A DNA stretch of 46,276 nucleotides from a virus (lineage: Duplodnaviria > Caudoviricetes): IMG/VR virus record IMGVR_UViG_3300017700_000470, positions 1 through 46,276 of that record. One strand, 5' to 3'. Of this stretch, positions 33,135 to 42,548 are shown in pieces. The position numbers were made by a program, and so were the translations under genes. The notes beneath the pieces were generated by a model. That model had not been told where the DNA came from. It saw nothing but the letters and a program-made list of their open reading frames with translations, and did no database searches. The stretch's first letter is position 1; every line of letters begins with the position of its first letter.

Positions 33135-33989
33135 TCAGCAATAGCCGTTGCAAACGATGCCGCCCGCCCCCGTGGTGAACCCGCCCGGCACCATGATGCC
33201 ATTGGCGTTAAACACGGAATTACCGGTAACGATAGAGGGGCCGGAAGACTGTAGCCCCGTGTTGTTGAAACTCGCGCCCAAGTTGATTGTGGAGTTTGAG
33301 CGTAAGGTAAAAAACTGATTGATGAACGCGCCCGCGAAAGTAACGGGACCGCTGAACGTGCCCGCCATCAATCGCCCGCCCCACACCACATTGTTAAACG
33401 AACCTTGAATCTCCACACCGTGCGCGATGGTGAAAATACACGGGCCGTCACAGATAACAGCGGTGTCGTTCAGACCTCCGCCGCTGAAAATGGTTTTCCC
33501 GTCAAGGTCAAAAATGCCGTTATTGTGAACGTAGACGGCGGCCTGACTGGCGATATTATTTTTGTTGCAAACGAACGTGACGCCCGCTACACGTACTTCC
33601 GCGTTATCCCCAAACTGTAAGCACGTATCGTTGTTGGTCCAAAGAAATGGCGTATACGGCGTGGTAGTCGAATAATTGCTGTTTTCGATCTGTAGCAAGT
33701 TATTCCCGGTCAACTGGCCGCCAAGAAAACACTGCTCGTCAAAAACTTGCCCCGCCGCAACCTTAATAAACGCGCTGTTATTGCGGAGGTCCCAATCACG
33801 ATACATCGTGTTAGCCGCCGCGCAAATGGTTTTCTTGCATGCGGTGCCCACGCCGCTGTTACTGTCGTTCCCTGTGGCGGCGTTTACGCACAATGAAACC
33901 GGACCCACGGCGGCAAAGCGTGGCGCGGCCATGGCGGACGGCACGGCCAACACGAGGGCCAACAGCAAGGAAAAGAATTTTGTTTTCAT
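33135..33989 (-). CDS. Signal-peptide-bearing, Cys-rich beta-helix (pectin-lyase-like) protein
   Basis: MKTKFFSLLLALVLAVPSAMA/A; VNAATGNDSNSG motif; Asn/Gly-rich beta repeats; 10 Cys. Confidence 0.7.
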   Translation of the reverse strand: MKTKFFSLLLALVLAVPSAMAAPRFAAVGPVSLCVNAATGNDSNSGVGTACKKTICAAANTMYRDWDLRNNSAFIKVAAGQVFDEQCFLGGQLTGNNLLQIENSNYSTTTPYTPFLWTNNDTCLQFGDNAEVRVAGVTFVCNKNNIASQAAVYVHNNGIFDLDGKTIFSGGGLNDTAVICDGPCIFTIAHGVEIQGSFNNVVWGGRLMAGTFSGPVTFAGAFINQFFTLRSNSTINLGASFNNTGLQSSGPSIVTGNSVFNANGIMVPGGFTTGAGGIVCNGYC

Positions 33990-34015
33990 AAAAGGCCCCT
34001 ATATTGTTAAAGTTT

Positions 34016-35299
34016 TCAATACTCGATAAACGAAAAGCCCGCGCCGCCCGCGCCGCCCGCAACGGCAGTAGGGGACGTGCTGCCCGTAAACCCGCCGCCG
34101 CCGCCTTGGCCGCGAGCTACCCCCGCGTAACCTTGCGAGAATGTCGCCCCCGTGGTGGCGGTAATAGTGATGTTGCTTGCACAAAGCTGGTTACCTCCGC
34201 CCGCACCGCCGATATACCACAAGGTGGACCCGTTGTAGTTGGTCATGCCCACGCCGCCATTGTTGGCCGTATTGCCACCTGCAGTGCCGCCCACTTCGAT
34301 GGCCGCAGAAGCCGCGCCAGTGCCCCCCACGCCTCCGGGGAGCGAAATAAGCGCGCCTAGCGAAGTGACGCCGCCGGTACCGCCCGTTACCGCGCCTGCC
34401 GCGCCCGGCACACCGCCTGCACCAACAACGGAAGCGTAAGACGTGCCGGGAACGACGGTCAATTTTTGACGAAATGCGGACATTCCCCCGCCGCCGCCGC
34501 CGCCCGCCGCGCCATTGATGGCAGCACCGCCGCCCGCGCCGCCGCCGCCCGCGCCGGTATAGAGGATTTCAAAAACTCCGGCGGGGCAAACCCACGGGAC
34601 GCCATTCGTCAGCACCGCCGTACGTGAACCTACGGAAGCAGTAGGCGAAGGATTCAGTAACTGCAGGCCCGGGACGGATGCGTCATAGACATACAGCCCC
34701 CAAAAGTTTGCGCCCGGAATGTCGCCCCCCACCAGCGGCAGGCCCGCACCCTTGTACGTGGCAAGCGCCCCGGAGCCGTCCGGATTGATGGTCACTGCCG
34801 ACGTGTTAATTGCCGTGTGCTGGATGAGGATTTGGTCCCCGTCTACCAGCGTGCCAAGGTCAGGCACAAAGTCTGCCGTAACCGCGTTGGCCGTGCCGCC
34901 CGCGTTTGCGCGCCGGATACCTTGGGGGTTGAATACGGACCAATCGGCGGCCACGCTTGGGAGCGAGACGTTTGCCGTCTTGCGCGACACATACAACAGG
35001 TTGTTGTAGCGCACCAGCGCATAGAGGCCATACGGGTATGGGGTGCCGCCGTTAAGCGCTGTCGTAATAAAGTCCGGAATGCCTTGCGCCTGCAGTTCTT
35101 GCACGGCGGTTTGCGTTTCAAACAGCGCTTGATTCATAATGCCGCGTTCAATGTTGCGGCTGTTCGGGTCCGTCTTGATTAGTTCGTACTGCGGGCCCCA
35201 CCCGGTGGGCTCGCTTACCGCGCCCGTGCCGGGGTCTACGTCAGGAATGGCAGTACGAGTGCCGGAGACGCCAAAGGCGATGCGGAGGAATTTAAGCAT
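34016..35299 (-). CDS. Tail fibre protein with a Gly-rich C-terminus
   Basis: Follows the baseplate wedge; N-terminal FG.SG.R..IP anchor; poly-Gly domain. Confidence 0.85.
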   Translation of the reverse strand: MLKFLRIAFGVSGTRTAIPDVDPGTGAVSEPTGWGPQYELIKTDPNSRNIERGIMNQALFETQTAVQELQAQGIPDFITTALNGGTPYPYGLYALVRYNNLLYVSRKTANVSLPSVAADWSVFNPQGIRRANAGGTANAVTADFVPDLGTLVDGDQILIQHTAINTSAVTINPDGSGALATYKGAGLPLVGGDIPGANFWGLYVYDASVPGLQLLNPSPTASVGSRTAVLTNGVPWVCPAGVFEILYTGAGGGGAGGGAAINGAAGGGGGGGMSAFRQKLTVVPGTSYASVVGAGGVPGAAGAVTGGTGGVTSLGALISLPGGVGGTGAASAAIEVGGTAGGNTANNGGVGMTNYNGSTLWYIGGAGGGNQLCASNITITATTGATFSQGYAGVARGQGGGGGFTGSTSPTAVAGGAGGAGFSFIEY

Positions 35300-35939
35300 G
35301 ATAGAAGTTCCCGTGATTGAAGTTTTCGTGAAACGCACCGAACCCGAAACCGTCCGCGTCACCTATCACTACGTAGTCCGAGCCAACCGCCGCCGGACGC
35401 GGCAATAAGTCGTAGTTAGCAAGGAGGAATTGTAGCGCGGGAGCGGGCGGCACAATGAAAACATAGCGTATTTTCATGAGGAGCGAATCGGCCACGTAAG
35501 CCACGCCGGGGCCGAACACATCATTAAGGATACGGTTTGCTTGCGTCACACTGGCCCGCGTGGTGAGCTTGTAATAACGTAAACGTAGCACAATGCGGGT
35601 TTGCGCGGTGGTTAGATTGATTTGCCCGGCGGCGGCAAAATTGCTATTGCCAAAATTACTATCATCTACGGCGAACCCGAAAATAGGTTTATTGGGGTCG
35701 TCCGTTGGCGTGACGGAAATAGGCAACGCCAGAATGATGGCCCACACCGCCAAGCCAAAATCATTCGCCGTCGTGAGGTCAAAAACGTCCCGTATCCAGT
35801 CAGTCCAAAAACCCTGTTGGTTGTCGTCATACCACGCCTGTTTAGCGCGTAACAAAGCCTCTAACCTTTCCGCCTCGTTGTACTGCCACAGCAGGGCACG
35901 CAAAAGGTTTACGGAGAAATCAAAGGCTTGAATCCTCAT
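35292..35939 (-). CDS. Baseplate wedge protein (DUF2612-like)
   Basis: FDLTTANDFGLAVW and LLPRPAAVG motifs. Confidence 0.85.
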   Translation of the reverse strand: MRIQAFDFSVNLLRALLWQYNEAERLEALLRAKQAWYDDNQQGFWTDWIRDVFDLTTANDFGLAVWAIILALPISVTPTDDPNKPIFGFAVDDSNFGNSNFAAAGQINLTTAQTRIVLRLRYYKLTTRASVTQANRILNDVFGPGVAYVADSLLMKIRYVFIVPPAPALQFLLANYDLLPRPAAVGSDYVVIGDADGFGFGAFHENFNHGNFYHA

Positions 35940-37135
35940 ACAACTATTACCGTGATGCCGCCCGTGCCCATGGTGGCTTTTTCATAAATGGCAATTGAAA
36001 TTTCAGCGGTGACAAAAACGCCCGTAGATTGGGGCGCTACTTCCACCTTCTGAACGTAGATGCCCGGGGCCTGCGTATTGACAGCGCCTCCAAGCTCCCA
36101 CGGGGATACGGAGGCACCCACGACAAAACCGGCTTCGCCCTCAAGCTCACCGTTCACGTAGGCCAGTACTGCCGCTTTTACGGCCGCATCCGGGTTGCCC
36201 GTGTAGCCCTGAACTTTGACGGTGAAGCGGGACAGCACGGGGACAAGCGTAGGGCGCGCAAATTTCACGCTGTAAACCTGCCCGCTATAAGGGTCCGTAT
36301 GTGCCACGGTTACGCCGCCGTTGTAGTTGCCGCCCATGTCCTTGGCATCTACCAGCGTGGCCGCAATCGCCGCGTCTGTACCGCCGTCTACGCACACATA
36401 AATAGAATGCTCCACCATGCTAACGCCGTCAATAATCACGGTGCTGTCCGCGATGTTTTCCCGGAATGTGAGGCTCTTAACGCCGTCTACTACCGACAGG
36501 GCCGCAATGATATTTTCAGGCCCGCCATGCCCTTGGAGCCCCAAAGTCGTGATGCGGCGGCGGCGGGCAGACACGTCTGATTCCACGAGGCGGCCCACTA
36601 CGGCGGCGTCCGGGTTGCTCACGGTTTCCCAACCTAGCACCGCGCTTACCACGGTGTCGAGGTCCCCGGGTAGCACTGCTTGAGGGCCATCCTCTACCGC
36701 GATGAAATCCACCGTAGCGAGCCCGGACGCGTTCAGCGTGACGGCCCCGGCGGTGAAAAACTCAATGCCCGCAATGCCCACGCTTGCCCGGCTACCTGCA
36801 GGAATGAACGTACCTGCCACGCCAGTAAGGGCCACGCCTGCCAAGGTAGACGGCGCGGAGGCGGTACGCGCGCCACCCATAATCGCCCAAATGGCATCGA
36901 GAAACGTCCCGCCCGCGATGTTGGGGTTAATCTGGTTTGCCAGTGCGGCATTGTTGCGCAGCACATTGGAGCGCGCCTCTGTTTCCGCAACGATCAAAAC
37001 CCCTTGGGGCGTGTCAGGCGTGACGATGAGGTCAGCACCGAAAACGGTCTTGAATTCGTTTTGTACCTCCGTCAGCACTTCGCCCGTATCGGGAACGATG
37101 ACGCCGGAAGCGTTAAGGTAGACGTAATCAGCCAT
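35936..37135 (-). CDS. Baseplate J/gp47 family protein
   Basis: TPQG.LI, A.G.FLD and G...ESD...R.R motifs. Confidence 0.9.
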   Translation of the reverse strand: MADYVYLNASGVIVPDTGEVLTEVQNEFKTVFGADLIVTPDTPQGVLIVAETEARSNVLRNNAALANQINPNIAGGTFLDAIWAIMGGARTASAPSTLAGVALTGVAGTFIPAGSRASVGIAGIEFFTAGAVTLNASGLATVDFIAVEDGPQAVLPGDLDTVVSAVLGWETVSNPDAAVVGRLVESDVSARRRRITTLGLQGHGGPENIIAALSVVDGVKSLTFRENIADSTVIIDGVSMVEHSIYVCVDGGTDAAIAATLVDAKDMGGNYNGGVTVAHTDPYSGQVYSVKFARPTLVPVLSRFTVKVQGYTGNPDAAVKAAVLAYVNGELEGEAGFVVGASVSPWELGGAVNTQAPGIYVQKVEVAPQSTGVFVTAEISIAIYEKATMGTGGITVIVV

Positions 37136-37475
37136 TTATATTGCCCGTCCCGTGAATCGTGCGGATAGTGGCGGTGTAGTGCAATTCGTTATCCGCCACC
37201 CGCGTGGTTATGTTGGTTACTTCCAAAACGTCTACAACGCCCATAAGCGTGCGGCGGAGGTATGCTTTAAATTGCGCTACCTTGGGTGAACCTGTCCACA
37301 CCGTATCGAGCGTGGGAACGCCCTTGTCTATCTGGTAAATCATTTCGCCCCGTTGCGCTTGTGCCGCCTGTTGGCAAGCCTGCAGCACGGCATTCAGTGC
37401 AGACACGAGGGCAAGCGAGCCCGTAGACGCAATATAAATATCGTTCTTGGTGTCTACGGCTAGGGTGGTGGTCAT
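37128..37475 (-). CDS. Baseplate wedge / sheath initiator (gpW/gp25-like)
   Basis: ATGA-coupled start at 37475; GE......GVP motif; synteny. Confidence 0.8.
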   Translation of the reverse strand: MTTTLAVDTKNDIYIASTGSLALVSALNAVLQACQQAAQAQRGEMIYQIDKGVPTLDTVWTGSPKVAQFKAYLRRTLMGVVDVLEVTNITTRVADNELHYTATIRTIHGTGNING

Positions 37476-38224
37476 GGATGCGGCCCGTTTGTGTCGTTGC
37501 CCCCTGTCACTACGCCCCCGTGCTTGTGGGTGGCTAGCGGAATACCGGCGGCGGTCACTTCGCCCGTTGTCGTCAGGCTTCCCGACATGGTAGCATTCCC
37601 GCCGGTTTGCGCATAGTTCCCGGCAACCCCAACAGCGGGCGCGGTTAGGGTAATGGCCGTCGCCGCAGTGATAGCCACGACCCCGCCGCCCATGTCGTAG
37701 GTGCACCCGGGCGCTATCAATTTCATAGTAGCCGGGCCTAGGCTCACTTTTACCGTGCCGTCCGACGTTTGCAACACCACGTTGTCCGCGTCTTCCCCCG
37801 CGATGCTGTACTGGTGCATGGCGTCCGGGATGAATAACGCATCCTCAAAACTGTGAATCCGTTCGGTATTGGGGGGACCCGCCGCGTAGGTCTGCAGGAA
37901 CAGCGATATATCGCGGTCACTGGCCTTCACCCATCCCAAGTCCCCGGGCTTGAGCGGGAAGCTCAGAAGGAACCCGCCCGCGCCGATTTGCAGCACGGGA
38001 AGTTGCGCAATTTGCGCGCGGGCTATCGTGCGCTTGTCCGTCGTGATGAGCGATACCAAGGGCTGAACCGTTACGCGCGGGCTGTTGCGGTCGCCGTTGA
38101 AGGCCACCACGCGGGCGGGTAGCATGTCGTCTACACCCATGGAAAATTTGCGCAGTATGAGGCGCATGGCCCCCAAGAACCCGTCCGCGTCTGGCGGGTC
38201 AATTGACGGTGGCGCGTTACTCAT
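37472..38224 (-). CDS. Baseplate central spike (Gp138/gpV-like)
   Basis: PLKPGDLG, DRDIS and terminal THKHGGV iron-binding motif. Confidence 0.88.
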   Translation of the reverse strand: MSNAPPSIDPPDADGFLGAMRLILRKFSMGVDDMLPARVVAFNGDRNSPRVTVQPLVSLITTDKRTIARAQIAQLPVLQIGAGGFLLSFPLKPGDLGWVKASDRDISLFLQTYAAGPPNTERIHSFEDALFIPDAMHQYSIAGEDADNVVLQTSDGTVKVSLGPATMKLIAPGCTYDMGGGVVAITAATAITLTAPAVGVAGNYAQTGGNATMSGSLTTTGEVTAAGIPLATHKHGGVVTGGNDTNGPHP

Positions 38225-39045
38225 GCTCGGGTCCCTTCCGCGATGTAGTACCACGGTACTTCACGGTTTGCTAGTTCAAAGGTCAATTTGTAGACGGTGT
38301 ATAGGCCGTTTGCTGCCGGGAGCATTACGCTGGTAATGTCCAGCCCGCTTCCTAGCGTGGTCTGGTTGTCGAACAACATTTTTACTTTAATGCCCTGTTC
38401 GGTGAACTCCGGCACGCCAATAAGCCCGGTGTCCAAATTCAGCACGCGGGTGCGGTTCGCCAGAGGCACATTGTAATTTTTCAAGACTAGCGCCTTGTCG
38501 TCTACGTAGGCGTTGACGCGCCCGCATGAGCCCAACTTTTCTACCTGCTTGAGCGCGCCGCCAGTAAAAGAGTAGTTCGCAATTTGTTTGTCAGTGCATT
38601 GAAAATCCAGCGACAGGCCTAGGTCCTTGGCTACCTGTTCCGCGATGCGCCGCAGAGCTACCATGCCGGGCTGTGAGCGCGCGATAATATCGCCCTTGCT
38701 GTAATTCCCGGTGGCCGCCTTGATGGTTACCGCAATGTCGGGCGGTTGGCTCCCCTTGGCCGTCACAATGTCGCCCATGAACACCAGCGCCGCGCCGGTA
38801 CTTTTGCGCCCGGCCTCCACGGTGATGCGTTTAGGCGTGGTGTTTTTATTGAAGGGGCTTGTCTCCGTCAGGATGTAATCCCGGGTTGCGCGGTCCAGAT
38901 TAGTAATTTTTATCTCACACTCATTTTGCGTGGCATTCGCGCACTTGCTGCCGCTCACGGTAACGGCCAGTCCGTCATAGGTTTTAAGGACGCCGTTTAC
39001 CTCAATGCCCACGCGCAATACGCGGTCGTCCAGTGCGGAGGCCAT
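38221..39045 (-). CDS. Baseplate hub protein
   Basis: I.NL, VEAG, F.GDI and TGLIGVPE motifs; synteny. Confidence 0.8.
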   Translation of the reverse strand: MASALDDRVLRVGIEVNGVLKTYDGLAVTVSGSKCANATQNECEIKITNLDRATRDYILTETSPFNKNTTPKRITVEAGRKSTGAALVFMGDIVTAKGSQPPDIAVTIKAATGNYSKGDIIARSQPGMVALRRIAEQVAKDLGLSLDFQCTDKQIANYSFTGGALKQVEKLGSCGRVNAYVDDKALVLKNYNVPLANRTRVLNLDTGLIGVPEFTEQGIKVKMLFDNQTTLGSGLDITSVMLPAANGLYTVYKLTFELANREVPWYYIAEGTRA

Positions 39046-39356
39046 CAGGTCCCCCGCAATTCTGCAATCTCTGCCGGTGAAACGTAGACAAGAAATTGCG
39101 TTACCCCGAATTGGTCATAGTAGGGCAAGGCCTCCTCCAGCGTGGTGATGACAAAATTTCCTTCTTGCTGGTACTCATACGGAAGCAAAGGCGTCCCGGC
39201 CACGATGCGGGCCATAGACACCAACGTGACGCCATCGCGGAGGATGGTTGCGGACATGCATCCGGACGTTTCCTTTATCGTCACGTCGTAGCGGGCGTCG
39301 TCCAGTTGGGTCGTGAACTGTTGGTTAGCGACAGCACGCAATGCGATATCAATCAT
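39045..39356 (-). CDS. Small baseplate (plug-like) protein
   Basis: ANQQFTTQL and P.YDQFG..QFL motifs; synteny. Confidence 0.75.
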   Translation of the reverse strand: MIDIALRAVANQQFTTQLDDARYDVTIKETSGCMSATILRDGVTLVSMARIVAGTPLLPYEYQQEGNFVITTLEEALPYYDQFGVTQFLVYVSPAEIAELRGT

Positions 39357-39886
39357 CGGAATATCCCCGACAAAATAGAACCCTTGCGCGGTTCTTGTGT
39401 AGACGTTTTGGGCTGTTGCTCGCCACGTTTCACCGTGTTAGACGCGGCGGGCTGCGCTACCTTGAGGTCGGAGAATTCAGGCTCCACAAATTGCGCCTCT
39501 TTGAACGACACGGCCAGCGTCGTGGCGTCCGCCATGTCCGGCGTTTCATCGTGCGGCATGCCTGCAATCAGCATGCTAGGGTAACTGCCCGTACGAGTCT
39601 GGATGGTGAACAGTTCCGCATTCAAAAAGAACGTGCGCACCTGTTGGTAGACCTCCGCGAACTCCTCCGAATTCAGCACAAAGGAAAGCTCTATTTCCAC
39701 AGGCAAAATAATGCGGTGGTCTATGATGGTTGCGCCCGTTTCTAGCGGGTGGTCCATGGCCTTGGATTCCTCCTTCACCAAGGCTTTGACGGGCCGCGCC
39801 AGTTCAAAAACCTGATTCAGGTCTGAGTCCAGCACGGCCACCACGTCAACGGCGGCGCTTGGGGTGTCTACATCCGTGGCGGCCAT
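39353..39886 (-). CDS. Dit-like baseplate / tail-initiation protein
   Basis: HPLETGATIIDH motif; follows the tape measure. Confidence 0.8.
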   Translation of the reverse strand: MAATDVDTPSAAVDVVAVLDSDLNQVFELARPVKALVKEESKAMDHPLETGATIIDHRIILPVEIELSFVLNSEEFAEVYQQVRTFFLNAELFTIQTRTGSYPSMLIAGMPHDETPDMADATTLAVSFKEAQFVEPEFSDLKVAQPAASNTVKRGEQQPKTSTQEPRKGSILSGIFR

Positions 39887-41526
39887 TACGCTATCACCCC
39901 GTCATCCATCTGCGTAGACGCGTTGCGGAATTGCGCATTCATCGCGCCACCCAAAGAGCGCGCGATTCCGGGCGCGTCGGTGGCTTGTGTTTGCACCGTG
40001 ATGGGCCCGGTCTGGATGCTCTTATCTCCGCCCCGGGTGTTGGACACGCTGCTACTCGTTTGCGAATTGAGCGGGGAGGCCCCGGCGGCACTTAACAGGG
40101 CCTTGCCTGCGCCTAGTCCGGGGGTGCCGGTCACGCTGATACCGAGCGCGCCCTTTGCGCCGTCCAGCGCCCCCGTGATGGCCCCGGCAACGCCCTTAAC
40201 CAGCCCGATGGCAGACGATATCACCGCGATAGCTTGCTGCACCTTGGTTATCACCCAATCCCACACGTCCCCGACGATTTGGCCCAGCCCTTTAAACTTG
40301 TCGGCCCAGCCGTCTACGATGAAATTAACCACGCTGGCAATCCCGCTGAATTCGTAGATAGCACCAATCATCCGCTTCCAGAGGTCGTAAAGGATTTGCG
40401 CCACACTGCCCACCGTCTCAAGGGTCCACGTCATCGCGGAGCCTAGCGCCTTGATGGCATCTACCGCACCCATAACGATGGCGGTTATCTGCGGAAACTT
40501 TTCGACAATCTGACCTATCAATGAATCGTTGCCATCAATGAAATTCATAATGTCATCGTAGAGCAACGCAAAGCCGACGGCCAACGCCGCCACAATGGCA
40601 CCCAGCAACAAGAACGGCGCAAAGGCGGCGATCGTGGCCGCCGCGAGCGATATCATGGGCGGCAAGGCAAAGGCGAGAATCGCCGCACCCAGCGCGATCA
40701 TGATGCCGACAATGAAGTCCGAATGTTTACGCATGAACAGCGCCACATTCTGGAATTTCTCCGCCAGCCATGTAAGTGCGGGCAGCACGTTTTGTGCAAC
40801 CTGCAACCAGAGGGAGCGGAACGCATGCCGGGTGTCGTCCAGTTGGTCCCCGAACTTGTCCGCTAGCTCGCCCTGCAGCTTGGTAACCACGCCTAGCTCC
40901 CGCTCTTTTTCTAGCAAGGCCTCTACCTCCCGGCGGCCTGCTTGTAGCGTCATGATGGTGGCGTTATCAAAGCCCAATTTTTGGCCCATGGCGACTGACT
41001 TTTGCTTGTCCATTCCCATAAACGCATCGGCAATTTGCGGCAAAAAATCCATCGCGGTTTTGCCTGCGTTGGCCGCGTCTTCAAGGTCTATGCCTAGTTC
41101 TTTGAGGAACGGCGCGGCGCGGGACTTGCCCGTCACCTCCATCATGGACAGTTGCTTGTTAAGCGCCTCAATGGACCCGATAAAGCCCTGCGCACTGCCG
41201 CCGTTCTTTTTCACGAGGTCGCCCCACGCGCTGACCTCCTCAAGGTTCAGGCCTAGGCGCTCGGTGGATTCGTTCAGTTCGTCAGCGTAGTGTGTGGCGT
41301 CCATAAGCTGGTTCACCATGGCTTTAAGCGTGAAGCCCGCAACGACAGCGCCGCCGATTTGCTTCAAGGCCGTCCCGATAGATTCGCCCATTTTGAAAGC
41401 GGCGGCGTCCACGTCCTTAACGCTCTTTTCGGTTTTCTTGGCGCGTTTGTCCGTCTCGTTCAGCCCCTTATCCAGCTTGGAGGCGTCCGAATCAAACAGG
41501 ATAAAAAAGGTGTCAAGAATGCTCAT
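39886..41526 (-). CDS. Tape measure protein
   Basis: ~546 aa, helical, central hydrophobic segment; follows the chaperones. Confidence 0.88.
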   Translation of the reverse strand: MSILDTFFILFDSDASKLDKGLNETDKRAKKTEKSVKDVDAAAFKMGESIGTALKQIGGAVVAGFTLKAMVNQLMDATHYADELNESTERLGLNLEEVSAWGDLVKKNGGSAQGFIGSIEALNKQLSMMEVTGKSRAAPFLKELGIDLEDAANAGKTAMDFLPQIADAFMGMDKQKSVAMGQKLGFDNATIMTLQAGRREVEALLEKERELGVVTKLQGELADKFGDQLDDTRHAFRSLWLQVAQNVLPALTWLAEKFQNVALFMRKHSDFIVGIMIALGAAILAFALPPMISLAAATIAAFAPFLLLGAIVAALAVGFALLYDDIMNFIDGNDSLIGQIVEKFPQITAIVMGAVDAIKALGSAMTWTLETVGSVAQILYDLWKRMIGAIYEFSGIASVVNFIVDGWADKFKGLGQIVGDVWDWVITKVQQAIAVISSAIGLVKGVAGAITGALDGAKGALGISVTGTPGLGAGKALLSAAGASPLNSQTSSSVSNTRGGDKSIQTGPITVQTQATDAPGIARSLGGAMNAQFRNASTQMDDGVIA

Positions 41527-41765
41527 TTTCTGCCCTGCTTTTTGGCCGCCTCCATGGCTACCCATTCGTTAAACCGCTGAACTGACACCACCTCCCACAT
41601 GTCTAGGGCGTCTTCCAAATCGTAGACGGTCCTTAATTCTTGGAGGGTGGCTTTGTCCGCGCCGACAATTGCGCCAATGAGTCCGTCAACATTTGGGAAA
41701 GCATAGGTTTCGCTTGTTGGGCGATACTTTGAAAGAAATCTAGCGCTTTCCCGTTCCCGAAAAAA
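41523..41765 (-). CDS. -1 frameshift extension of the tail assembly chaperone (GT-like)
   Basis: -1 frame is open from the slippery site to the TMP start; ATLQELRTVYDLEDA motif. Confidence 0.75.
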   Translation of the reverse strand, partial: FFRERESARFLSKYRPTSETYAFPNVDGLIGAIVGADKATLQELRTVYDLEDALDMWEVVSVQRFNEWVAMEAAKKQGRK

Positions 41766-42079
41766 CTGCAGTTGTACTCCAGCATTGCGACTTCCACGCG
41801 GGCCAACGTCTCCCAATCATCGCAATGATTGTTTACGAGGGCCGGAGTGGTCAGCAATTGGGGCTCTGCGCCCTCTGTGACGACCACGCCTACATAGCGC
41901 ATCAGCTTGAGCATGGTCTCCTCATTTACCGCGTAGTCGCCCAATTTCGGCATAGCCGACAGGGGATATTTTGCGATAATCTCGCGCCCGACGATGGCGG
42001 GGAAGCGAGACAGAACGAAAGTCTTGGAGCCTCCGCCCGGAAGCGGAATCTCCTTTTCAATGGGCTTGATGAGCGCCAT
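41633..42079 (-). CDS. Tail assembly chaperone (G-like)
   Basis: Lies between tube and TMP; MALIKPIEK...EYNCSFF. Confidence 0.8.
   Translation of the reverse strand: MALIKPIEKEIPLPGGGSKTFVLSRFPAIVGREIIAKYPLSAMPKLGDYAVNEETMLKLMRYVGVVVTEGAEPQLLTTPALVNNHCDDWETLARVEVAMLEYNCSFFGNGKALDFFQSIAQQAKPMLSQMLTDSLAQLSARTKPPSKN
41759..41765 (-). other. -1 slippery heptamer T TTT TTC
   Basis: X XXY YYZ pattern in the chaperone frame (AGT TTT TTC). Confidence 0.75.
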
Positions 42080-42080
42080 T

Positions 42081-42536
42081 TTATTCCGTCGCTTCCGTGG
42101 TGGTGACGTTTTCAAAAGCGAACTGGTAAGCGTTCGTTTTGATGCGGCCTGCACTGGCAATGCTGGAGCCCGGGGGGCCATCAGTTATCGCGCCTTCGGA
42201 CAGCGTGATGGTAGAGCCGTCCGGGTAGACGCCGGTAACCGTCACCGTGTCGCGGGCGGAGGTCTTGCCCTTGCCCACACGGTTGGCTTCAAAGAGCGCC
42301 GCCATGTTGGCCGCGTCTTCCGTGCCGGGCAGGACGGCCAGCGTCAGCAGCAAGGGGTTAGCCTTGGACCACGTGATGAGGTCGCCATTGAGCCCCATGG
42401 CCTTGTCCTTGATTTGAATCGAGGGAAGGTCAAACGGGTCCGCATCGTCCGCAAAGGCCGACAGGTCAAACCCGCTTGGGAACGTGTTGCTTGCTTGAAC
42501 ATTGACGCGAACGCCATAACCTGAAATATCGGGCAT
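42081..42536 (-). CDS. Tail tube protein
   Basis: DISGYG, FADDADP and MGLNGDL motifs; follows the sheath. Confidence 0.85.
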   Translation of the reverse strand: MPDISGYGVRVNVQASNTFPSGFDLSAFADDADPFDLPSIQIKDKAMGLNGDLITWSKANPLLLTLAVLPGTEDAANMAALFEANRVGKGKTSARDTVTVTGVYPDGSTITLSEGAITDGPPGSSIASAGRIKTNAYQFAFENVTTTEATE

Positions 42537-42548
42537 GATTGAAACTCC

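Noticed and set aside
34030-34560. GCC-rich repeats as a DGR or VNTR
   Set aside because: They simply encode the poly-Gly fibre domain; no reverse transcriptase or template repeat is seen
41746-41752. GGGAAAG (lambda-type slippery sequence)
   Set aside because: Read as GGG AAA G in the chaperone frame, the wrong phase for -1 slippage; T TTT TTC just upstream fits
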